From Phoronis australis (lineage: Eukaryota; Animalia; Phoronida): a stretch of DNA of 64,000 nucleotides. The DNA lies in the NCBI GenBank assembly GCA_002633005.1, contig NMRA01000087.1, positions 625,393 to 689,392 on the forward strand, written 5' to 3'. The translations under genes and the position numbers were made by a program. The notes under the pieces are model-generated. The model saw only the letters and a program-made list of their open reading frames with translations. It searched no databases and had not been told where the DNA came from. Within the stretch, counting starts at the first letter, position 1; each line of letters begins with the position of its first letter. Of this stretch, positions 54,301 to 64,000 are shown piece by piece.

Positions 54301-57300
54301 AGAAAGAAAGAGAGGTTACGAGGGTAAGAGGTGATGTGTGTCACATGATTTCCTCTGCGTTTAACGTCTGCTTTCACTGACTGTCTCTTTCTCACCCGAC
54401 ATTTCTCTTGCGTGCTACGTAATCATAATAGAACATTTGCTGCAGTACAACACAGTGACTGGCTTTTTGCCTGAATGCACTCAGCAACACAGCTGTCATC
54501 TTAAGGGCAATGACAAAAGCTTGCACAAATGGGTTTGGTGTGTTGATTTTCATTTGTTATTGCTCTGAATATGCAGCATGATTGCTATTGGCATTTGGGT
54601 GAGTGACCATGGATAAAAGGACTGGATTTGATATGGAACATGTGCTTGACTGTTCAACATGTCGGGAATGAAACTGAATTAATAATACAACTGAAGTTTT
54701 TCAAACAAAATATCAATTGACAACAGTTTTAACTGTCAAAACACTTTATCTATTAATGAGAACTTAATTTTAGTAATTTTTGTATGTTTGCATATTATTT
54801 TATTTTGTTTTAACATACTGAAATACTAATTTTCATGGGAAGACGTGTTTGTTGTAAGCAGTGTCACTCTCAGTTTGTCCTGTTAACAGTTTTTGTTTAA
54901 AGATTGTTTTGAATCCTAGTTAACCGTGGTGTGGTTTGCTTTGGTTACTAACTAGAAGTGTGTGAGTAATAATTATAGCCCAAACGAAATGAAAATCTAT
55001 GGAATTTTATGAATTTGTGCATAATAGTTTTATTTTCATTTTATTGATACGAAGTTTCATTGCTTTGTTTTGATCAGGTTGTAATTTATTCCTAACAAAG
55101 TCCTAGAGAAGAAATGCAATTATATACTTTTCAAGTTAATCTATTTAACAAAAATTTTCTTGTCAATTTCAGAAAGAGATGGATGCCCACAAAAATGCTC
55201 TCAAAGGTGGTCCATTCAAACTGAATATGCATCCCAAATCGTATTTTGATGCCAATCCCTTTGGGTCCGATCGACCTTTGGGTCCGCCCAAGAAAACTGA
55301 CACTAAAGGCGCAGATGTGAAGCCATTCAAACCAAGTTCTCCAGCTAAGAAGGTAATTTGTTTGTGTTCATTATGGACAGGGTGGCTAAGTCCATGTAGC
55401 GGGTTGGAATTTTTTTCCCTTCCAATAAAAGCCAAGTTTAAGTGCCGTAATAGACTCAGCCTTCTTTGTATGTGACATTAAAATATCTGGCAACCAAATG
55501 TTTTCAAGAAATACTGCAATTTTCATCCATTTGACATACAATGTGAGGGAAAGACGGAACTTAAATTTATGTTATTCCACGTTTTGCTCTGCCAAGCAAC
55601 CACTTTTGTTATTTTTGAGTCCGTTTTTCCGTCCACCTCTTTATTCGCCAAACCGCTCAAAAAGATTATTAAGAAAATTGGCAGACATGTTTCACATGAG
55701 AATATCACATCTGATGTTGATTTTCTGTATGGTGCCTCCTAATCACAAATTTTGGAGGTTTTTTGTCTACAGCAGTATCTCCTTAATCCTATGAAGGATC
55801 TTTGTGAAATTGTGGCATGTGTTTTCCTTTGAATGTGGCAGCGGCTGACAATGGTGATTCGACAGAGTCAAAAGCAGTTTTTACATTTGCTGTTGTAGCT
55901 TCAGTACCTTGACAGTTTACAATGAAATTTGGCAAATAGGTCTTTCTTAGAGAGACAACAGCACCTTTCCATTTTAGGGTGTAGTTTAGCTATTCTGCAC
56001 AACCTAGTGGTCATTTTTATTATTTTTTAGCCTAGTTTATGTCATCTGTTTGTGTATCTGCCAAGTCGCTCAGTGGATCATCCTTAAAAATTGACAGATG
56101 TATTGGCACTGACAAGACCCAGTGTTGATTTTTGTATCAGTCCAACTTCTTTGAGTGGTATTTTTTACATCTGTGGCTGTCTCTTAAACCCTGAATCTTT
56201 GTAAAATTCCGATTAATTTGACAACAGATGGGCAATTCCAATTGCCTCTGCCTCCTAGCTGAATTTGATTTATACATGTATTTTTTAGTTCCTCAACAAA
56301 TTTTCATAACGTGGCATGACAACGCATTTCAATTTTCAAACAGGTTCGACATATTGTGCACCATGTACTAGCCATTCGATCTTAACAGCTTGTCTTTTGA
56401 CGTGCAGTGATGGGCCCATTTCAAGGCTTCACATTGCTGTTGTTTGTTATTTGTAACAAAGTAGTCAACATTTAGAAAAATCCATGTCTTAGCTTCTAAA
56501 AATTAATGTCTTTTTCATGTGCTGAAAACATCTAAATCTTGATTCTCTGCTATCTTGTGTCAGTTATTTTTCTGTGTTTTCTCTCAGAATGCACATGTTC
56601 AAGATCAGTGTGTTGATCACAGCGTACTTATCTACATTTTAGCCCGGTGGCTTACACGCTGGAACATTCGATAATTATCCTTCCCACTCCGTCGACCCGT
56701 ATAATGTCAAATATAAGAGGCCAGTACACGTTGTGAACAAGACCGGTAAAACGTTCATGCCATCCATGGGACCAAAGTCTGCACCAATGAGCTCCATCGT
56801 CAATCAAAATGTCACAAAGTAAGTATGACAAGATATCTGTATTATGTGCCCTGCGCAGTGAATGTGCAGCTGGCAGGGTAACATTTGCCATGTTACCATG
56901 GTCACACCACATCACTCCCCAACCATACTCTTCCAACTGATCTCCTAGGCGTGTACGGCTATGTGCCACTTTCCTGAGTATATTCTTGCACGAAGGAAGA
57001 CAGTTACTTATCAGTGAGATAAAGTAACTTCGATTGTTTGTTAAGTTGTATTGTCTGCTGCTACCTTGAGACATATATCCCATTTTAGTCAAAGGCGAAT
57101 GTCAATTGATGAAGCTGACATGGTTTTTCTTGCTATTGATGTTTCGATATAACGTAATGGGGCCCGTTTCAAGAAACTGACTTAAGTTAATTTTTGGCTT
57201 AAGTCTAAGATTTCTCTTAACTTCTCACCTTTGAAACTTCCACATCCGGTAAATTCATCAAAATTAAGACAAAACTTACCTCAAACACTTAAATCAAGCT

Positions 57301-58148
57301 TAAGATCTCTTTTGTAAAATGATTTTGAGACTAATTGAACTGTTATTTTAAAATTTAGTAAAATTTAAGAACTGTCTTAGCTAAGTCAGTTTTGTTGGAA
57401 CGGGCCCCTGTACTACATAAAGTTGATAATCTAAAACTGAACTTTAGTCTAGGATATGATATTTTACTGAAAACTGAACCTTTTTTAATGCTGTGGTATA
57501 TACACAATACAATGAGGACTGGCTGGGATGTTGCAATGAGTGAAATTTATTCAAACTATTGAAAGCAAAGTAGTGGTGACCCTGTGTGATGTATGAGTAA
57601 TAATGTTGGTTCGCAAAACAATATAATTATTTACTTGGGTTTACGTTTTTGTTGTAGAGCATTCTCTAGTTTTAAGACCAGTAGGATGTGGACAAATTTT
57701 GTAGCTCGTGAACTGGCTAGCAGACAACCACAGGTCATAAGGAACACGTTTATAGTTTTGTTCAATTGATGAATGTTTGGATAACTAGTCACAGTACTTG
57801 TTTGACCCTTGTGGTCACCTAACTGTATAGGGCTATTAGGGCAGTGTGAACTTGCTAAAGTAATAAGCTGACATTACGGGCAGCCTCTGAGAAAGCTGTA
57901 GGGGCTCTATTTATGATCGACATATGTCCCGAACAATAGATAAATGATACATGGGTCGCAAGCTACTATATCTCCTCATCAGCTCAAACAATCTAACTCA
58001 GTTGTCACACATTAAAGTAAACTCCATCAGCAATCATTGTATTCTTGTCATCTTCATGGTGAACTGTTCTGAATTTATCCTTTTTCTCTTTTTCAGAGTT
58101 TTAAACAGGCATAACTTCAAGACAGTTCGTTCCATTACAACACATTGA
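51326..58148 (+). CDS. CFAP96: Cilia- and flagella-associated protein 96 (C4orf47/UPF0602 family), ~310 aa
   Basis: Exons 51326-51416, 51838-52057, 53179-53316, [53845-53920 or 54248-54323], 55173-55352, 56643-56818, 58097-58148 (933 nt). KTDMERVGLFQEM, GYFD, KNLGKPFLPSNG, KNFYTNPAKRGTGYG, KGGPFKLNMHP, FKPSSPAKKPGG..AGTFD.YPSHSVDPY match recalled C4orf47. AATAAA at 58335. Confidence 0.9.
52092..52410. mobile_element. Non-autonomous DNA transposon/MITE (Kolobok-like end), family copy 2
   Basis: Ends aagctgcatgtcgc ... gtgaaatgcagctt; gccccgtttagctggctaaaat and internal blocks shared with 18616-18940. Confidence 0.6.
53845..53920 (+). CDS. CFAP96: CFAP96 mutually exclusive exon 4a (YTGLTLGPYIMAETDIFDRDKARQK)
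   Basis: tttttcag acceptor, aag/GTATAT donor, 76 nt, phase 2 to 0, open frame. Confidence 0.75.
54248..54323 (+). CDS. CFAP96: CFAP96 mutually exclusive exon 4b (YLNVTIGSYYKNMTETYEKEREVTR)
   Basis: ttttacag acceptor, agg/GTAAGA donor, 76 nt, phase 2 to 0; closer to the recalled vertebrate YANITIG segment. Confidence 0.85.
57159..57408. mobile_element. MITE with GGGGCCCG termini (PIF/Harbinger-like)
   Basis: ggggcccgtttcaagaaactgactta ... taagtcagttttgttggaacgggcccc; ~26-bp terminal inverted repeats, 250 bp total. Confidence 0.75.
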
Positions 58149-60490
58149 GCAAAGACTTCAATCGTCATCCCTTTTTTACTCATTACTTCCAGTGTTTGTA
58201 TATAATCAAACTATTGTTGTTATATTGTTCATGTTTTCTGTTGCTTTGAGAAAGCACTTAGCACAATGCCATGTAAGGATCCTGTACATATAACCCACTG
58301 CCATCCTTTGTAAATACATTAGTTAAATGTCTTTAATAAATTATTAAACTTTAATCTGTTTTATTACCAGTCTTATATTTTGTACTTCGTCATTGTATTG
58401 CTGTAAAGTTTCTCTCTACACGTCAATTTACTGACTGGTCGTCGGATTTCGATGAATACATTTGAGAGTCTGTTCTTGCTGATGTCATGGCCTTTACATA
58501 TAGTTATACATCGAGATCAATGGACATCTGATCTGGCGACTGAGCAATCGTGCAATCATACAGTGTGGACATGATCGAAAACTTCCGTGTCTGGGGCTGA
58601 AAAACAACAATTGACATTTTGACTTACTATGTGTTCATTAAAACATTGCTGGATAAATGTAGTGAGGCGGTCCTTATATTATTTTAGTAGGGTAGGTACG
58701 CTAGTAAAAAAAATTTTTTTTCATATTTTCATTCCAAAAGCATTCCGTTTTCGCAAATCGCGTGGCCACTAAAATAATCGGGACGGGGTTATGGGACATT
58801 GAAGTATAATTTGAAGATGAAACATTTTTCAACATCAACTAACCCTGCATTCATTATCTTGATAATGATGAGCTTTTGGATGAAGCCATATTGCCTTAGT
58901 GCTATAGTAACTCAAAAACTCGGTAGGTGGCCCTCTAATTTTTCCTATTCACTCCAAACACGTAGAGCGTAAAGAAAAATGTTACGGGTGTAGCGTTTCA
59001 TATAATAGTCAATGTGCTAAAGTTTGAGGTACTTAAAATCGACAAAAAGTATTTAGACCTACTTACGCCGGCGTTAGAAAATAATGAACCGGAAATGCAA
59101 ACTTACATCAAATTCGTGCTTTCTGTCGAAAAACAAGTTTTAATTTAAACCACAAACATTATGAAAGTGGTCTCAAATTGTGCCTCAGTGAGGTCAATAT
59201 AGAGGCAGTTGCAGGGATTTGAAAGAAATAACAGTTCTCTCCTGGTCGAAATCAACCTCTTAAGTAGCACGCCGTGCTGGATCTGAAGAAATAATGGTCA
59301 GTTTTTCCCGAGTTTAAAGACTAAACCGAGTATGGAACAAGATCAGACTAATTTTATAATCGTGGTCCTAATCAAAACTTGTTTTTAATTGAAAGCATAC
59401 TAATCCCTGTTTTGATGATTTCCACCAATCCTCGTTCTGTCACCTGTTAATGAATCACTGGCGTTAACCTTCCAAGTTAAAGGCAACAATCAACTGAAAC
59501 TCATACTCCCTATGTCACAGATTGGACATTATGGTCCTTGGTGGGTGGTCTTTTCCCACAGTTGCCGTGTAATTCGCTTAAGCGTAGGTCACGTTTGCCC
59601 TTTAGCAGGAGTTTCCAAATTTTCTCCAAACTTTTGAGGGTTGTCGAGGGTTACAGCGCATTAGTTTGTGTGGGAGAACTGGATGCGAAAGTCGTGTTTA
59701 GTGTCTATTAATAGGCCAAAACCTGGTCTGATATCCTTTTAATGCCTCTTTAATTATAGGTCACTTTTTCGTACCTTCTAAACCTGCCAGTATGTCGCGT
59801 CAATTGTTAGTCAACATAGCGCGTTATCAAAACCCGTCGCAATTCATTCAAAATTCAACACTTTCGGGATACTGGGCGTTTAACTATAATTTTAACATCT
59901 CGTTCTTTTTGAAAGTTCAGCCATTTCAAGTAACAAAGTTTGGACCTCAACTCATGAAAGTCGATATGATATTACTCATAAACGCCAAATATAAATACAA
60001 AACTGATATTTACTGAACAGTATTTCATTTTTAAATATTTGAAGTGTCCATAAATGTTGGCTTATGACAATAAAAACAATGCAGGAAAATAAACGTAATC
60101 ATAATACCTGGTAGGCTAGATTATGCAACAGTTATGTGCAGTTAATATATAAACATGGGTCAGACGGGACTTTCCTTAAACTGCTTATGACTGATCAGTA
60201 GCATTTTAAACAAACTTAACAGAACCCCTCAACGTCAAGATGGTGGATGCAGTTTTAATAACCTGAAAGTACAAAGATAGCAGGGTGCATTCATCATTAC
60301 TTATTTTAGGTAAACTATTTAAACATCGGATATAGGTCATATTTGTCCTCGGTCGACGACGCAAATCACCTTATACTTACGCTATCAAAAAACAAATATA
60401 ACTACGTATAACTGGTCTGCGTTGGTCTGCCGTCAGTAATCAGTCACCCTACACAAACAGCCGAAACAGTGAGCAACCAGAACAACGGTA

Positions 60491-61996
60491 ATGAAGTTCT
60501 CCGTTTCGCCGTACTTTCTTTTTTTCTTGTGGGGACTGTGCGGTTCCCAGGCGATGACGATTGTAGCAACTACTCCTCCACCACCTACTCGTCCACCACC
60601 TACTCGTCCACCAACTACTGTTCCACCGACTAGACCTACGATAGCCCTCGGGTGTTACGATGGCTTGAAATTATATCCAGTGGGTGCGAAAGTTATGGAA
60701 GGATTGTGTCCGAAATACTGTAGAGCTGGTGGGAAGTGGCAATACATTGATACATTTGAGTGTATTTTCGGATACAAATCGACGACTTCACCAAAGACAA
60801 CCGTTCCTAAGACAACAGTGCCCAAGACAACTGTGCCATTTGGATGTTTCTATAGACTAAGATGGTACACCCATGGAGATGTAATTCGATACGTTGCATG
60901 TGAAGTGAAGTTTTGTGACCACGGTAACGTGAGATCCATCCGCCTGCCATGTACTACACCACCGCCACCAACAACAACCACGAGATCCATGAATTGCTTC
61001 TTCAACAATAAATGGTATAGGAATGGTGACTCTATACCATCGAGAGGTTGTGCGTACAAGTACTGTCACTTCGGCGACGTTAGAACTGTGTTCCTTCCTT
61101 GTACTAGGCCACCTACAACAGTTCCTCCGACTCTATCTTCTTCGAAGACAGACGGGTGCTTTTACAATGGTCGCTGGTACAAACCGTGGGAGCAAGTGGG
61201 TAGAGGAGACTGCTGGGGTTCTTATTGCCATCCTCATTCTAACATGGTTACTCGATGGGACAGCTGTGGTAAAACTACACCTTATCCTAAACATCCCACT
61301 ACCATGCCTTTGGGTTGCTTTGAAAATGGGCGCTGGTATGCCCCTGGTGCAGAAATTTCAAGAGGGCAAACAGGAAACTGGTGTTATGGTACCACGTGTT
61401 CTAAGGGTGGAGTAATCAGGTCATGGGACAATTTCAATTGCGTTTCTACCCCTTTGCCTCCTACGACGATCCCGTATTCAACCCAAAGACCCAAAACTCG
61501 TCCGCCCACTACAAAACTGCCGCAAACGACTCCTCTTGGATGTTACACTAATGGTCGATGGTATGCACCAGGGGAGGAAGTATCACGCGGCCAGAGCGGA
61601 AGTTGGTGTTACGGTTCGTTCTGCTCGGAAAATGGAGTGGTTCTACATTGGGATAACTTTAAGTGTACATCTACAACCCCGCCACCAAAGACGACATCAC
61701 CAGCGACTCCACCCCCGCCAAGCACGACTACGCGCCCTCCAACGACAACCTGTGGCGGTAATTGTCAGTTGTATTGTTACAAAGATGGTCGACTTTTCCC
61801 CAAAGGAAAGGAGATGTCTCGCAGGACAACTTTCAGTCCTAACGGCCAAACCATCTGCTACGGCAGTTATTGCGGTGACAATGGTAAGGAAGTCTTCTGG
61901 AAGGACCCCACCTGCGGGAAGACCACCCCCATTACGCCATCACCGCCGATTATGACTACCACTATGCGTCCACGATACGATCCCCCATTAAAATGA
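60491..61996 (+). CDS. Intronless secreted mucin-like protein (501 aa) with seven 4-Cys modules separated by Pro/Thr-rich linkers
   Basis: Signal peptide MKFSVSPYFLFFLWGLCGSQA; repeated C-(F/Y)-x-x-G-R-W-Y-x-x-G...C...(Y/F)C...C modules; PTT/PKTT linkers; AATAAA at 62107. Confidence 0.85.
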   Translation: MKFSVSPYFLFFLWGLCGSQAMTIVATTPPPPTRPPPTRPPTTVPPTRPTIALGCYDGLKLYPVGAKVMEGLCPKYCRAGGKWQYIDTFECIFGYKSTTSPKTTVPKTTVPKTTVPFGCFYRLRWYTHGDVIRYVACEVKFCDHGNVRSIRLPCTTPPPPTTTTRSMNCFFNNKWYRNGDSIPSRGCAYKYCHFGDVRTVFLPCTRPPTTVPPTLSSSKTDGCFYNGRWYKPWEQVGRGDCWGSYCHPHSNMVTRWDSCGKTTPYPKHPTTMPLGCFENGRWYAPGAEISRGQTGNWCYGTTCSKGGVIRSWDNFNCVSTPLPPTTIPYSTQRPKTRPPTTKLPQTTPLGCYTNGRWYAPGEEVSRGQSGSWCYGSFCSENGVVLHWDNFKCTSTTPPPKTTSPATPPPPSTTTRPPTTTCGGNCQLYCYKDGRLFPKGKEMSRRTTFSPNGQTICYGSYCGDNGKEVFWKDPTCGKTTPITPSPPIMTTTMRPRYDPPLK

Positions 61997-62488
61997 CTTG
62001 GGGTTGAAGGATGAGAGACGAATGACTACGTATGATCATATGACGCAAAATAGTAGAAACGTTAGAACATGTTCAGTTTGAAAAGTCTCCAAATTTAGAA
62101 CGTGTGAATAAAAGTTTTGCAGTAACGATATTTTATGTTGATATCTTTGTGATTGGTCACAATAAATAATTTGCGGCGATACAAATGGTGTTTTGTTCTT
62201 ATTTTTAATCATTCCGTTCGGCTTGGATTACCAGTGACAGGTATTCCTCAGATGTTTCTACACATTCGCCATTTCTTTGTTGGAACTGACAGGGTCACAC
62301 TGTACTATAATGCTTTTTACAAACACCTTTTGGATGGGGTTGATTTTTGAAATAGCTTTGACCAAAGATGTAAACAACACAACAAAATTTGTTGTATTGT
62401 TGTTTTTTTCATAATAAATCGGAGATTCTTAGTTAAGGATTCCAGTCAAACTTAACTGAAATCGAGACGGTGATCTTATCAGCTGTTT

Positions 62489-62670
62489 GAGGAGGCAGTG
62501 TGACCTAGTGTGGTAGGTTCCCGCTTTCTTTACTCTAGTTTCACTGAGCCACACAACTGCTAGATCCCTGAGCCAGGATTCCATCTCCTCGGCTCGGTTT
62601 TAACGATATATATTAATAAAGCACAAAAATGGTTAAAGGTGATCAGGTCAGTGGACCTACATGCACGGCC
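62489..62670 (+). mobile_element. tRNA-derived SINE, copy 2 (B box decayed)
   Basis: gaggaggcagtgtgacctagtg head and body colinear with the minus-strand copy at 27615-27846. Confidence 0.7.
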
Positions 62671-62803
62671 TTAGAGATGTAGTGTCAAGAGTACTCTATT
62701 GGTTCAATCCCAGCTTGCGCCAAGAAAAAACGAAGAGTCCTCCTCACTGACCACCATGAATGTAAAATACACCCATGCGCGTTCTTCGAATAGCGCTGTA
62801 AAG

Positions 62804-62846
62804 CTGATGATGGTCAGAGAAATGACCGATTGAAACGTCGTGTCAG
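62804..62846 (+). other. Decayed hammerhead-like motif in a repeat
   Basis: CTGATGA-T-GGTCA-gagaaa-TGACC-[gatt]-GAAAC-GTC; ~100 nt downstream of a B-box-like ggttcaatccc. Confidence 0.35.
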
Positions 62847-63166
62847 TGTAGATAAGCTGGAGGCTGGTGTAAATAGACCAGTAGATTTCAGAAATGATGT
62901 TGCCACATCTCCACCTCAAAGCAGTTTTAGAAAGACATTGTGCAAGATGAGCTTACTCGGGTGGACTGCAGAGACACCCGTGTAGGTTTGCAATCCTCAT
63001 TCGTCATTCAGAACTCAATTGACATTCGGGCTTGGTATTTATTGATTTTAAGCGTTAAAGCTGTTTTGGAAATCCTATCATAGTAATGTCTCCTGAGTTC
63101 CACCAGTTAAAGTTGCATTTCCTCCTGTTTTGCAGACCAAAAAACTAAAATCGAATTTTAATTTTA

Positions 63167-63218
63167 TAAGAATCAAAGACTTTTAAGTCTTTTAAGTCTT
63201 AAAACTCTTTGATTCTTA
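63167..63218. repeat. Short palindrome (21-bp arms)
   Basis: taagaatcaaagacttttaag ... cttaaaactctttgattctta (one mismatch). Confidence 0.7.
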
Positions 63219-63225
63219 AAAGGAG

Positions 63226-63282
63226 CACACACATACACACGCAAACACGCACGTACGCACGCACGCACACTCATGCACACAC
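63226..63282. repeat. Compound (CA)n/(CGCA)n microsatellite
   Basis: cacacacatacacacgcaaacacgcacgtacgcacgcacgcacac... Confidence 0.7.
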
Positions 63283-64000
63283 AAATATTTATATTTTTAC
63301 TTTTACATCGGCTTATCTACATGAAAAGGTTAATTTTACTATATAATAATGTGAAGAAGTGGTAGCGGTTAAAAATATCATCAGTCATTGTTTTATTCAT
63401 TTTAATGGCATGCCTGCAAAACTCTCCGCAGATCTAAAATTTTATCCGAGACGCAAGTACAATAACGTTCACTGTCACAAACAGTATAAATTCATAATTA
63501 TTAACCCCCCCCATTGGCGAAGTGGGCAAAAAAGGCCAGCCTCAGAAAAAACAAAAACTCCGAAAAAGTAGAAAACGATACAAAAGTCAACCAAAAAACA
63601 GAAACTATCAAAATTTGGTAAATGCACAATTCATAGTTCTGAACGTACCTCGTGAATCTTAGTATGGTCCACATTCTCAAAAATTCGAGCCCTCCTCCTT
63701 TAATTTTTGGTGGGTGCGCGCATGAAATATAGTATTGAGCGTGAGTATGATGGTATTAAAGACTTCGCTTTGTTTGCTAAAGAAGGAAATTAAAAAGTAG
63801 TTCAAGATTGCACTTATCGTTTTGTTTTTATATGACATGAAATAGACTGTTATTGTCACTGCTAGCCACTACATTGCTACTATCAGAATAGAGATGATTC
63901 AATGTGCAAGTTGAACATTTTATTTATGACATGAGGTAGTCAATCTCAGAAACACAGAAGGTGTAAAACATTTCTTGAAAAGTTTGGACTTAACCATAGT

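Noticed and set aside
56652-57092. 146-aa minus-strand ORF
   Set aside because: Antisense to a CFAP96 exon and intron, with no recognisable motifs.
61023-61955. Overlapping alternative-frame ORFs in the mucin-like gene
   Set aside because: Expected by-products of GC-richer repetitive Pro/Thr codons.

Overview
AT-rich, intron-rich animal genomic DNA, probably a marine lophotrochozoan-type invertebrate (inferred, not shown). No prokaryotic features. The window holds four protein-coding genes. (1) The 3' ~3,400 codons of an axonemal inner-arm dynein heavy chain, best matching DNAH3 (+; 52 frame-consistent GT-AG exons, 164-37823; 5' end outside the window; last intron U12-type). (2) MRE11 (-; 8 coding exons, ~686 aa), with a young 5'-truncated L1/Tx1-like LINE and 44-bp target-site duplication in one intron. 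(3) CFAP96/C4orf47 (+; head-to-head with MRE11, ~310 aa) with two paralogous 76-nt exons that look mutually exclusive. (4) An intronless secreted Pro/Thr-rich protein with seven 4-Cys modules (60491-61996). Introns hold MITE-like inverted repeats, two copies of a tRNA-derived SINE, decayed hammerhead-like motifs, minisatellites and three candidate DNAH3 cassette exons. Gene identities rest on recalled motif similarity, not database searches.
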